A DNA stretch of 64,000 bases, taken from an uncultured Anaerolineales bacterium. GTDB taxonomy: Bacteria > Chloroflexota > Anaerolineae > CG2-30-64-16. Positions 1 through 8,952 of this stretch are shown one piece after another. Position 1 is the stretch's first letter, and each line of letters starts with the position of its first letter. The stretch spans positions 209,847 to 273,846 of the forward strand of contig CAZKEF010000001.1 of assembly GCA_964551735.1 (NCBI GenBank), read 5' to 3'. Both the position numbers and the translations under genes were made by a program. Below the pieces are notes generated by a model, which worked only from the letters and a program-made list of their open reading frames with translations, did no database searches and was not told where the DNA came from.

Positions 1-1154
1 CGGTCGGTGGCCTGCGCGGTCCGCAGCGGCCGCATGCACAGCTCGCCGGCTTCGAGCACCTCGGCGTGGCGGAGGGTGATCATTTGTCCCGCCTCGCCCA
101 AGACCGTGAGCCGGACACGCCCAACCACGTTCTGGCCGAAGTCAACGATCGTTTTGCCCGACGGAGAGGCGGTTATGCTGACCGGTCGCAACGTCTCGAT
201 ACGGCGCACGGGCGGGCCGTCGGGTGCAACCAGCGTCGCCAGGTCCCGCGGCACGATGCGCACCGGCGCCCATGCTGCATCGTCGTAGCCCGCACGCGCC
301 CACCCGGGTGGCTCAAGGCGGGCATCGCAGGTCTCGCCGTCGTAGATGTCGCTGGCCAGGATGGGGCCCCGCACGGCCCGCCAACTCTCATCCGTAACGA
401 CGCGCTGCACCGTGCCGTCCGTATACGCGATCTCCAACTGGGCCAGGAGCGCAAGCCGGTCGCCGTAGCAGTTGCGCCGGCCGCCGTCCCAACCGAGCCG
501 GCCGCGATACCAGCCGTCGCCCAGCAGAGCGCCGATGGCGTTGGGTCCTGCGTGCAGGAGGTTCGTCACGTCGAAGGTCTGATAGCGGAGCCGGTGCGCG
601 TAGCTGGTCCAGCCCGGATCCATGACATGGTCGCCCACGACCACGCCGTTGAGTTGGGCTTCGAAGACCCCGAGCGCCGTCACATAGAGCCGGGCGTGCG
701 TCACGCCTGGCCCGGCACTGAACTCCTTGCGCAGCAAGGGGCCCGGCTGCGGCCGGCTCAGGTCCTCGTCCCAGCCCGGCGCGACGAACCGGGCGCTCCA
801 GTCGCCGTCGCCAAGCAGCCCGGCCTCAAGGGGGTGCGGCTCGGTCCAGCCGGACGCCAGGCCGTCGCTGCCCCACACCCGGACACGCACGGCGAGTTGC
901 TGGCGCGCGCGCAGCGGCGCGAACGGCCAGGGGACCAGGATCGTCTCGCCGGATTGCACCGGGCCGGTCTCCGCCAGCAGTTTGCCGTCGGGAGCCAGGG
1001 CCTGGATCTCGTAGCCTGCCTGGCGCCAGCCGGGCAAGGCGGCCTCCACAATCCAAGAGATGCGCGGGCATTCGACGCCCAGGCCGAGCGCCTCACGGCG
1101 GTGCTCGAACCGCACATCGGTAACACGAGGCTGCGGCGTGCCGGCGCTTGTCAT
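1..1154 (-). CDS. alpha-L-rhamnosidase (GH78), N-terminal part; gene runs off the window start
   Basis: Minus-strand translation from the ATG at 1154 gives [34 protein letters not shown]..., the characteristic GH78 rhamnosidase N-terminus. This start overlaps the upstream ABC ATPase stop as ATGA. The listed plus-strand ORF 66..1199 is its antisense. Confidence 0.65.
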   Translation of the reverse strand, partial: MTSAGTPQPRVTDVRFEHRREALGLGVECPRISWIVEAALPGWRQAGYEIQALAPDGKLLAETGPVQSGETILVPWPFAPLRARQQLAVRVRVWGSDGLASGWTEPHPLEAGLLGDGDWSARFVAPGWDEDLSRPQPGPLLRKEFSAGPGVTHARLYVTALGVFEAQLNGVVVGDHVMDPGWTSYAHRLRYQTFDVTNLLHAGPNAIGALLGDGWYRGRLGWDGGRRNCYGDRLALLAQLEIAYTDGTVQRVVTDESWRAVRGPILASDIYDGETCDARLEPPGWARAGYDDAAWAPVRIVPRDLATLVAPDGPPVRRIETLRPVSITASPSGKTIVDFGQNVVGRVRLTVLGEAGQMITLRHAEVLEAGELCMRPLRTAQATD

Positions 1155-2194
1155 ACCGGGTTCACCGCGTCGCTGATCAGAAAACAGGCGGCCTTGTGAT
1201 CCCCTTGGGCCGTCACGAGGGCCGGCTGGACTTCACGGCACCTGGGCATGACGCGCGGACAGCGGGTCGAGAAGTAGCAGCCGGCCGGGGGGTTGATCGG
1301 GCTGGGTACGTCGCCGGAGAGCGCCGGCGTCTCGATCCCGGCGCCCGTCCAGCTCGGCTTCGGTACTGAGCCGAGCAGCGCCTGCGTGTAGGGGTGCAGA
1401 GGGGCGGCGAACAGGCTATCGGTCGGCGCGATCTCTACGACCTTGCCGAGGTACATCACCGCGATCTGATCGCTCAGGTAGCGCACGGCACGCAGATCGT
1501 GCGAGATGAAGAGCATGGTCAGGTTCAGCTTATCGCGGAGCGTGCGCAGCAGGTTGATGATCTGCGCCTGGATCGACACGTCCAGCGCGGAGATCGGCTC
1601 GTCGCCGACGATAAAGGTCGGGCTGGTCGCCAGCGCGCGGGCAATGCCCACCCGCTGGCGTTGGCCGCCGCTGAATTCGTGCGGGTAGCGATTCTCGAAG
1701 GCCGGGTTGAGGCCAACGGTCACCATCAGCTCGGCCACCCGGTCGCGCAGCTCGGCCGGCGGGACCAGCTTATGGATGAGCAGGCCTTCGCTGATCGTAA
1801 AGCCGATGGTGCAGCGCGAGTCCAGCGAGGCGTAGGGGTCCTGGAAGATTATCTGCATCCGCCTGCGGAGGGGATGGAGCGCGGCCTCCTTGAGCTTGCA
1901 CAGATCCTGACCCTCGAAGAACACCTCCCCGGCCGTGGGGCGCACGAGCTGGAGCAGCGAGCGTCCGACGGTGGTCTTGCCGCAGCCGGACTCGCCCACC
2001 AATCCAAGCGTCTGGCCGCGGCGGATGTCGAGGCTCACGTCGTCAACGGCCTTGACCGTCAGCCTGCCCGACCACGGCCACGAGCCCCGGTGGGGGCCGG
2101 GGTAATGGGTCTTCAACCCGCGGACGCTCACGATCACGTCTGGATCGGTGTGGGGCGTTGGGAGCCCGGTCACCGGCGCCGCTGATGCTGCCAT
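1151..2194 (-). CDS. ABC transporter ATP-binding protein (OppF/DppF-like)
   Basis: Walker [13 protein letters not shown] signature LSGGQRQRV, Walker B FIVGDEP, and the C-terminal oligopeptide-ATPase extension. Confidence 0.9.
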   Translation of the reverse strand: MAASAAPVTGLPTPHTDPDVIVSVRGLKTHYPGPHRGSWPWSGRLTVKAVDDVSLDIRRGQTLGLVGESGCGKTTVGRSLLQLVRPTAGEVFFEGQDLCKLKEAALHPLRRRMQIIFQDPYASLDSRCTIGFTISEGLLIHKLVPPAELRDRVAELMVTVGLNPAFENRYPHEFSGGQRQRVGIARALATSPTFIVGDEPISALDVSIQAQIINLLRTLRDKLNLTMLFISHDLRAVRYLSDQIAVMYLGKVVEIAPTDSLFAAPLHPYTQALLGSVPKPSWTGAGIETPALSGDVPSPINPPAGCYFSTRCPRVMPRCREVQPALVTAQGDHKAACFLISDAVNPV

Positions 2195-2195
2195 A

Positions 2196-3221
2196 TCAAG
2201 CCTCCCTCCATCGCCAGCAAGACACCTGATGGTGGGCTGCGATCGTTTCCAGGTCGGGCGCCTGCTCGCGGCAGCGTGGGATCACGCGCGGGCAGCGCGG
2301 GGCAAAGGCGCAGCCGGCAGGCAGGTCAATCAACTCGGGCGGCAGGCCGGGGATGGCATTGAGCGGCAGGCTGCGATCGCCGGTCAGCTCCAGCGTGGAG
2401 CCGAGCAGGCCGGCAGTGTAGGGATGGCACGGGCGGGTGAACACCTTCTCCGTCGGGCCGGTCTCGACCTCCCGTCCCGCATACATCACGATCACCCTGG
2501 CGCACAATTCCGCGACCACGCCGACATCGTGCGTGATCAGGATCACCGCCGCGCCCAGCGTATCGCGCAACTGGCGGATCAGGCTGAGGATCTGGCGCTG
2601 GACCGTCACGTCCAGGGCCGTGGTCGGCTCGTCGGCCAGCAGGAGCCGCGGCCCGCAGGAAAGGGCGACGGCGATCATGGCGCGCTGGCGCATCCCCCCG
2701 GAAAACTCGTGCGCATACTGGCCGTACCGCCTGTCGGGATCGGGGATGCCGACCTGGCCGAACAACTCGATGGCGCGGGCACGCGCGGCCGCTGCCGACA
2801 GCCCTCTGTGGAGCTGGAGCGGCTCCGCGATCTGCTTGCCGACGGGCATCGTCGGGTCGAGCGCAGTCAGCGCATCCTGAAAAATCATGGCTACACTGGG
2901 GCCGCGCAAGCCTCGCATCTCCCTGTCACTCAGTTTCAGGATATCCCGCCCATCCAGCACGATCTCGCCGGCCGTGACGCGGCCAGGCTTGGGGAGCAGG
3001 CGCATGAAGGAGAGCGCGGCCGTGGATTTGCCGCAGCCCGACTCGCCGACGAGGCCGACGATCTCGCCCGGCAGCACCTGCAGCGACAGCCCGTCGAGCG
3101 CGGTGACGATGCCATCGCGCGTCGGGAAGCGCACCTGCAGCCCCCTGACGTCCAGGACGGGGCCCGGCCGGGCGCTGAAGTCTTCACCGGACGGTGTTCG
3201 GCGCGGCAGAGGTTCGATCAT
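2196..3221 (-). CDS. ABC transporter ATP-binding protein (OppD/DppD-like)
   Basis: GESGCGKS Walker A, FSGGMRQR signature, and a C-terminal Cys-containing Opp-type tail. The likely start is the ATG at 3221, preceded by AGGAGG. Confidence 0.9.
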   Translation of the reverse strand: MIEPLPRRTPSGEDFSARPGPVLDVRGLQVRFPTRDGIVTALDGLSLQVLPGEIVGLVGESGCGKSTAALSFMRLLPKPGRVTAGEIVLDGRDILKLSDREMRGLRGPSVAMIFQDALTALDPTMPVGKQIAEPLQLHRGLSAAAARARAIELFGQVGIPDPDRRYGQYAHEFSGGMRQRAMIAVALSCGPRLLLADEPTTALDVTVQRQILSLIRQLRDTLGAAVILITHDVGVVAELCARVIVMYAGREVETGPTEKVFTRPCHPYTAGLLGSTLELTGDRSLPLNAIPGLPPELIDLPAGCAFAPRCPRVIPRCREQAPDLETIAAHHQVSCWRWREA

Positions 3222-3231
3222 CTCACGCCTC

Positions 3232-4230
3232 CTACTTCTTCTGGCTCTTGGGGTTGAGCGCATCGTTCAGCGCGTCGCCCATGAACTGCAAAGCCAGAAC
3301 GACGACGGCCAGTGTGATGCCGGGTGCCAGCACCAGGTGCGGGTGCGTCCGCACCTTGGCCATGCCCTGGAAAATCATAGCGCCCCAGCTCGCGCCGGGG
3401 GGCCGGATGCCGATGCCGAGATAGCTCAGCGAGGACTCAAAGAGCATGGCGTTCCCGAAGCTGAGGGTCATGAGCACGATCATTGACCCAAGCACGTTCG
3501 GCACCAGGTGCTTCATGGTGATCCACCGGGCCGAAGCGCCCAGCGCGCGGGTGGCTTCGACAAACTCCCGCTCGCGCAGGGAGAGCACCTGGCTGCGGAC
3601 CAGGCGGGCAGGCCACGTCCAGTTGATCATGCCGATGGCGAACACGACCACCGCATAACTGATCATGACCTCGTTTTTCAAGAACTCCCACCCCGTGGTG
3701 CCGTAAAGCGAGTTGGCGATGTTCTTGAGCGCCGGTGCGGTCGAGACGCTGACGAACGCGGCGAGCCAGATGGCCGGGAAGGTCATCACGCCGTCAATGA
3801 TCCAGACGACGACCGCGTCTATCTTCCCGCCTGCAAAAGCGCTGAAGGCGCCGACGAGCAGGCCGACGATTGCCCCGATCAGGCTGATCAAGGAGGCGAC
3901 CATGAGCGCGGTGCGGCCGCCCATCAAGACCCGGCTGAAGATGTCCCGGCCGAGGTCATCGGTGCCCATGATGTGGGCGCCTGAAGGGGGCTGGAGGATC
4001 GCTTGCCAGTCCTGATCCAGGTAGTCATAGGGCGCGATTTGCCTGGCGAAGATGGCGGCGAGACAGAGCAGGATGAACACCCCCAGCCCGATCATCCCGG
4101 CCCAGTTGTGCCGGAACTTGTACCAGGCGTCGTCCCAGAAGCTGCGAGACTTTGCGGCCCGGCGGATTTCCGCCCCGGCCGGCGCACCGTCCCGGATGCT
4201 GTTGGTGGGAGCTGCGCTCGAATCGTCCAC
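3232..4230 (-). CDS. ABC transporter permease (OppC/DppC-like)
   Basis: BPD transport-system inner-membrane fold, multiple hydrophobic helices, and operon position. Confidence 0.85.
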   Translation of the reverse strand: MDDSSAAPTNSIRDGAPAGAEIRRAAKSRSFWDDAWYKFRHNWAGMIGLGVFILLCLAAIFARQIAPYDYLDQDWQAILQPPSGAHIMGTDDLGRDIFSRVLMGGRTALMVASLISLIGAIVGLLVGAFSAFAGGKIDAVVVWIIDGVMTFPAIWLAAFVSVSTAPALKNIANSLYGTTGWEFLKNEVMISYAVVVFAIGMINWTWPARLVRSQVLSLREREFVEATRALGASARWITMKHLVPNVLGSMIVLMTLSFGNAMLFESSLSYLGIGIRPPGASWGAMIFQGMAKVRTHPHLVLAPGITLAVVVLALQFMGDALNDALNPKSQKK

Positions 4231-4244
4231 GGTCCACCTCCCGC

Positions 4245-5204
4245 CTATCTTGTCACCCGGACGCGCGGGTCTATGACGCCATACAGCAGGTCCACCAGCA
4301 GGCTGAAGAGCATCACGATGACGGTGGACACCAGCACCGCGCCGGTCACCGTCATGACGTCGCCGCGCTGCAAGCCCTTGCTCACCATCATGCCGAAGCC
4401 CTGGATGTTGAAAATCTGCTCGATGAAGACCGTCGCGCCCAACAACAAGGCGCCCGTCATACCCAGCACGGTGACGACGGGCAGCGCCGCGTTGCGCACG
4501 ACATGCTTCGCGATGACCAGGCGCTCCGACAGGCCGCGCGCGCGCGCCGCCCGGACGTATTCCTGCGAGAGCACCTCGAGGATCGAGACGCGCGTCGTGC
4601 GTACCACGTTGAGCAGCCCAACCATCGCCAGGCAGAACGCCGGCAGGATTATCTCCTTGGCGAAGAGGCCATGCCAGCCTACGCCGACCGAAGGCAGGAG
4701 TTTCAGTCTGACCACCACCACGATGATGGCGACCGGCGCCAGGACAAACGAAGGGATGGACGAAAGAACGGACGAGCCGCTGACGAGCACCCGGTCAAGC
4801 CAACTGTTGCTGAACACAGCCGCCACGACCCCTAAGGGCACCCCGATAAGTGTCACGAGGAAGAGCGCTGCGAGGCACAACTGGAGCGATTGCGGGACAG
4901 CGTTCTTGATGAGGTAAGCAACGGAAGGGTCACCCATCATCACATAAGACTTCCCCAAGTCCCCGTGCAGCGCGTTCCAGAGCCAGCGGCCATACCGGAC
5001 ATAGATGGGGTCATCCATGCCCAATTCCTGGCGAAATCTCTGGTACAATTCGGTGTCAAACCCCTTGGTCGCATCGCCGCGCGTGCCTGCCAGGTACGCT
5101 GCGAGATCGCCCGCGCCATACTGTCCCACGATGAAGGTGAAGGCAGTCACGACGACGAGCAGCGGGATCATACTGAGGATTCGCCGGACGAGATAGCGGA
5201 GCAT
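4245..5204 (-). CDS. ABC transporter permease (OppB/DppB-like)
   Basis: N-terminus MLRYLVRRIL..., typical of OppB/DppB, plus the permease EAA-like loop. Confidence 0.85.
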   Translation of the reverse strand: MLRYLVRRILSMIPLLVVVTAFTFIVGQYGAGDLAAYLAGTRGDATKGFDTELYQRFRQELGMDDPIYVRYGRWLWNALHGDLGKSYVMMGDPSVAYLIKNAVPQSLQLCLAALFLVTLIGVPLGVVAAVFSNSWLDRVLVSGSSVLSSIPSFVLAPVAIIVVVVRLKLLPSVGVGWHGLFAKEIILPAFCLAMVGLLNVVRTTRVSILEVLSQEYVRAARARGLSERLVIAKHVVRNAALPVVTVLGMTGALLLGATVFIEQIFNIQGFGMMVSKGLQRGDVMTVTGAVLVSTVIVMLFSLLVDLLYGVIDPRVRVTR

Positions 5205-5229
5205 CCTGCTCTTCTCCTGCGTCGCTCGA

Positions 5230-5252
5230 CCTCCGGGGTTGCCCCCGGAGGT
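5230..5252 (-). promoter_or_regulatory. Perfect 10-bp stem / 3-nt loop hairpin between the SBP gene and the first permease gene
   Basis: CCTCCGGGGG-ttg-CCCCCGGAGG with no U-tract. This is typical of intra-operon mRNA stabiliser or partial attenuator hairpins that uncouple SBP and permease stoichiometry. Confidence 0.45.
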
Positions 5253-5269
5253 CCAGGCTGGGACCGAGC

Positions 5270-7153
5270 CTAGTGTTTCAGGATATAGGTCTCGGTGATG
5301 TACTTGCCATCCTCTTCGCTAATGGACGGCCGAGCCGGGCCGTACAGGTTCAGGTTCTGCACCCACGGGGCCTGCAGGCGGTACGTCGTGCCCACGAACA
5401 GGTCGAGGGAGAAGACGTTGTCAACCCACAACTGCTGTGCCTCGGCGAGCTTCTCGCACATCTTGACCGGGTCGGTCTGCTCGCCGGCTTCCTTCATCTT
5501 GGCTACCAGCTCGGGCACGTAGGGCAGGTTCAACATGGTCATCTGCCTTTCATCCTCGGGGAGCGGCTGGGACAGCGGGACCAGGTTGTTCATGTAGGTG
5601 TAAACATCCATGGTGTGCTCGCCCTGCGAGTTCGGCCAGAAGTGGGTCGGATAGGTCGGCTTGGTGTAGTCGGCCATCGGCTCCTGGTGGATGACGATTC
5701 GCTTCATCCCCAGGTTATCCTGGAGCATCTTCTGCAAGACCTGCGCCTGGATCAGGTTGCGGGCCACCGGCTCGCCCCACATGCCGAGCGTGATGTTGAA
5801 CTCCATGTCGGCAAGTTGGTCCGCGTACGGGGATTTGGCAAGCTCAGCCCGCGCGGCTTCGGGATCATATTTCAGCGGCACAACCGCGGCAAACTGCTCG
5901 TTGCACGTGGGCACTGAGCCGGGGATGTGGTGATAGTCCAGCACCGTGAAGCCGGCCTGGCCCGCGCCGCCTCCCAGTACATCCACCAGCGCCTGCTTGT
6001 CAATCGCCATCGCGATCGCCCGCCGCACATGGACGTCTTCCATCGGCTTGAAGGCCGTGATCAGCATGTGCTCCAGGTCGTAGCCGACCGCTGGCTTCAG
6101 GCTGCTCTTCAGGAACTCCGAGCTCTCGGCGGCCTGTGCATCCTCTGGGCCCAGCGGCATCATGACTGCGTCCGCCTCTTTGTTTTCGAAGGCTGACAGC
6201 GCGGTGGAGTAGTCCGCCATCAGCGTCACGATGATCTTGCTCAACTCAGGCTTCTTGCCGGCCCAATGAGGGTTCGGGACCATCGTGAACCCGTTGCCGG
6301 AAGCAAAGGAGTCCAGCATGAACGGGCCCGAGCTGACGACGCCCTTCTCGGTGGTCCAATAGGCATCAGGCCCATATTCCTTGCCTTTGCCGGCCATCAC
6401 CGCTTCGGGCTTGAGGATCATCCAGAACTGCAGCGGTTCCACCGTCAGCACCATCACCGGTTGGGTGAAGTCGAGCTGGACGGTGTAGTCATCAATGACC
6501 TTGATGCCTTCAACCATGGCGGCGTCGAATTCATCCGCCGGAACCTTGCCGTCGAACACATCCTGGGCGCCTTTTAGCGCACCGAAGTAGCGCGGCGCCG
6601 AAGAACCGGAGAATTTGACCTTCAGGTCCGGGTGGCCGGTCATGATCAGGTAGCCCAAAGACCAGGCCGCTTCTTCGGCCGTGATCGGCGACCCGTCCGA
6701 GAATTTCTGATCTCTCTTCAACTTGAGGGTGACTGAAGTCCGGTCATTGTTGAACTCCCACGATTCCGCAAGGCCCCTGGCGGTGCTGGCGCCTTCGAAG
6801 CTGTCTTTCATGCCGACCATGCGCATCCACATCAGGCCTGCGGCGCCGCCGGAACCGAACTGATACGGGCTGATCCTGAAGGCACTGTTCCAGTCGGCCA
6901 TCTCGATGACGCGCAGTTCCTGCACGTCCGATTTCGCCTCGGCGGCCGGCTCGGGGGTCGCCTGCACGATCACCGTGGCCGGCACAACGACAGTCTCCAC
7001 GGCGACAACCGTCTTCTCGACGACGCTGGTCTCTTTGACAACGACGGTTTCCTTGACGATCTGCGGCGCGGCGGGGGCCGCGGGGACGGCGCAACCGGCC
7101 AGCAGCGCGATTGCCATCATCACTACAAGCACGACTAAGATTTTCCGGGACAT
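5270..7153 (-). CDS. ABC transporter substrate-binding lipoprotein, family 5 (oligopeptide/oligosaccharide-binding)
   Basis: SBP_bac_5 fold. The likely start is MSRKILVVLVVMMAIALLAGC (lipobox LAGC) with GGAGAA RBS. The longer ORF to 7231 is less likely. Confidence 0.85.
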   Translation of the reverse strand: MSRKILVVLVVMMAIALLAGCAVPAAPAAPQIVKETVVVKETSVVEKTVVAVETVVVPATVIVQATPEPAAEAKSDVQELRVIEMADWNSAFRISPYQFGSGGAAGLMWMRMVGMKDSFEGASTARGLAESWEFNNDRTSVTLKLKRDQKFSDGSPITAEEAAWSLGYLIMTGHPDLKVKFSGSSAPRYFGALKGAQDVFDGKVPADEFDAAMVEGIKVIDDYTVQLDFTQPVMVLTVEPLQFWMILKPEAVMAGKGKEYGPDAYWTTEKGVVSSGPFMLDSFASGNGFTMVPNPHWAGKKPELSKIIVTLMADYSTALSAFENKEADAVMMPLGPEDAQAAESSEFLKSSLKPAVGYDLEHMLITAFKPMEDVHVRRAIAMAIDKQALVDVLGGGAGQAGFTVLDYHHIPGSVPTCNEQFAAVVPLKYDPEAARAELAKSPYADQLADMEFNITLGMWGEPVARNLIQAQVLQKMLQDNLGMKRIVIHQEPMADYTKPTYPTHFWPNSQGEHTMDVYTYMNNLVPLSQPLPEDERQMTMLNLPYVPELVAKMKEAGEQTDPVKMCEKLAEAQQLWVDNVFSLDLFVGTTYRLQAPWVQNLNLYGPARPSISEEDGKYITETYILKH

Positions 7154-7252
7154 GTTTTTTCTCCTTCTGAGATGATCAGGGTTGAAACGGCGCAATGCGT
7201 TAAAGCTATTGAATGAAGCAATCCGGCGCACCTCCTTGTCGTACGGCGGCCG

Positions 7253-8185
7253 TCAGCGGAACAGCCGCTTGATGTCACGCATTACCTGAAGATCAGGTTC
7301 ATAGGCGCTTCCATCCTGGTAGCACAGCAGGTTGAAGGTGACCGCTCCGCCGTGGGCCAGGAATCGTTCGAGATACGCGGCAACGCTGCACGAACAGGGC
7401 GCCGGCCATTCCTGGTCGCGCGTCTCCAGGTCCATGCCCCACGTGCCGGCCGCGGGGTAACGCATATCCGGGTGCCAGGTGGTGAAGGTGTACCAGGGCA
7501 GCCCGGCCGGCGTCAATGGGCCGCGCGGCAGGTAGTTGAGCCGGCAGAGCTCGCCCGCCCAGTAGTCCTGGTACGGGGTCACCGCGTCGGTCTTTTCGAC
7601 CGCCGGGTTGTAGCAGACGAGCCGGTCCGGGTTCCCCGCCTTGGCCGCAGCCGTGATTGCCGCAAAGGGCGTGTCGGGAAAGGCTTCAAGCCCCACGTCG
7701 AACCAGCAGGCTGCGACCTTGGGCCCATAGTGCGCGCCCATCCAGCGCAGGATCCGCCGGCAGTTGTCGAAGAAGAGGTCCCTGTCCGGCCTCAGCAGGC
7801 CGCACGCAGCGCGCCAGGCGTCGTCCCCCGAATACACGCCGAAGTTGTAGTACAGGATCAACAGGATGCCTTCCCGCAGCAGCCCGTCGGCGATCTCCAT
7901 GATCAGGTCGCGGCGGCAGGTTCTGCCGGGGATGAGTCCGTCCACCACCGGGTTGGGGCCGGGCAGCCAGTGCAGGGCGTGCGTCGTGGTGAACAGGACG
8001 TGGCCTGCGCCGGCTTCGACCGCCTGCCGGACGAACGCTGCGACGTCGAATTCCTCGACCGCCTCCGCGAACGGCTTCGGCGCGCTGGTCTTCGGGGCCG
8101 TCCAGGTCGTCCAATGGAAGCCGATCCCGTACTTTGTGTCGCGCAGCTTGCTGAAGTCCGCCCGTTGGTAGGCTTGCTCGATCAC
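7253..8185 (-). CDS. GH29-like alpha-L-fucosidase family glycoside hydrolase
   Basis: YGIGFHWTTWT resembles the GH29 fGlFiHWG motif near the N-terminus. It sits in a locus with GH78 and a sugar ABC importer. Confidence 0.45.
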   Translation of the reverse strand: MIEQAYQRADFSKLRDTKYGIGFHWTTWTAPKTSAPKPFAEAVEEFDVAAFVRQAVEAGAGHVLFTTTHALHWLPGPNPVVDGLIPGRTCRRDLIMEIADGLLREGILLILYYNFGVYSGDDAWRAACGLLRPDRDLFFDNCRRILRWMGAHYGPKVAACWFDVGLEAFPDTPFAAITAAAKAGNPDRLVCYNPAVEKTDAVTPYQDYWAGELCRLNYLPRGPLTPAGLPWYTFTTWHPDMRYPAAGTWGMDLETRDQEWPAPCSCSVAAYLERFLAHGGAVTFNLLCYQDGSAYEPDLQVMRDIKRLFR

Positions 8186-8194
8186 GCTTTTACC

Positions 8195-8884
8195 CTACTG
8201 GGAGCGCCGGCAGAGGGTCAGGGCGATGGATGCGCCCCGCACCTGCTCGACCCAATGCGGCTCCAGGCCGTCGTCGCTGAAAATGTGCGCCAATTGATCC
8301 GCCCGGGCAAAGGGCGCCTGGCACACCCGCCCGTATTTGTCCGAGTCAATCAGCGCGACCGCAGACTGGGCCAGGGCAACCATCTGGCTCTTTACGGGCG
8401 CGCCGTCGGCATCGGCATCCATGAGCCCGGCGGCGAGCGAAAAACCGTCACACGAGATGAATGCGGTCGCCGGCCTCACGCTGCGCAAGATCGGCTCATA
8501 GAGCGGCCCCACGACCGAGCGGCCGTCGGCCCGCAGGACGTTGGCCGTGAGCACAACCTTGTTGGAGGGGTTCTGGGCCAGCAGCCGGCCGATCTCGATG
8601 GCGTTGGTCAGAACGACGAGGTTGCGGCGTCCGGCCAGGAAGGGCGCCATCGCCAGGACTGCGCTGCTGGCGTCCAGCACGATCGTGTCACCGTCTTCCA
8701 CCAGGCTGGCAGCCCAGCGAGCGATGCTTTGTTCCACTGCGAGCCGGGCCCTGGGGGGCGCGGCCAACGGAGTCGTTATCACGATGTTCCCTCGGAAAAC
8801 GCCGGCTGCGATGGGTCGGACGCCAGGTGGGTGGAGTTTGCCGGCGCTGTGAGGTAGTCTACGGCAGGCAGGCGCGCGGCGCAA
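8195..8884 (-). CDS. DeoR-family C-terminal (sugar-phosphate sensor) domain protein with no recognisable N-terminal HTH
   Basis: A DeoRC-like domain (…DTIVLDASSAVLAMAPFL…VVLTNAIEIGRLL…ISCDGFS…). The first ~45 residues are Arg/Pro-rich and are not a winged HTH. Confidence 0.55.
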   Translation of the reverse strand: MRRAPACRRLPHSAGKLHPPGVRPIAAGVFRGNIVITTPLAAPPRARLAVEQSIARWAASLVEDGDTIVLDASSAVLAMAPFLAGRRNLVVLTNAIEIGRLLAQNPSNKVVLTANVLRADGRSVVGPLYEPILRSVRPATAFISCDGFSLAAGLMDADADGAPVKSQMVALAQSAVALIDSDKYGRVCQAPFARADQLAHIFSDDGLEPHWVEQVRGASIALTLCRRSQ

Positions 8885-8952
8885 GGAGAATAGCGTTCTG
8901 CCACTTGGACAATTGCGTCCTGCTCCTGGCGGCGGAGGCGGAGGCTGTACGG

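Noticed and set aside
66-1199. 377-aa plus-strand ORF covering the first kb
   Set aside because: It is antisense to a clear GH78 rhamnosidase N-terminus on the minus strand (start ATG 1154 overlapping the upstream stop as ATGA). It has no domain signal and is a typical high-GC shadow ORF.
7352-8857. 501-aa plus-strand ORF across the fucosidase and DeoR-like genes
   Set aside because: Antisense to two separately supported minus-strand genes.
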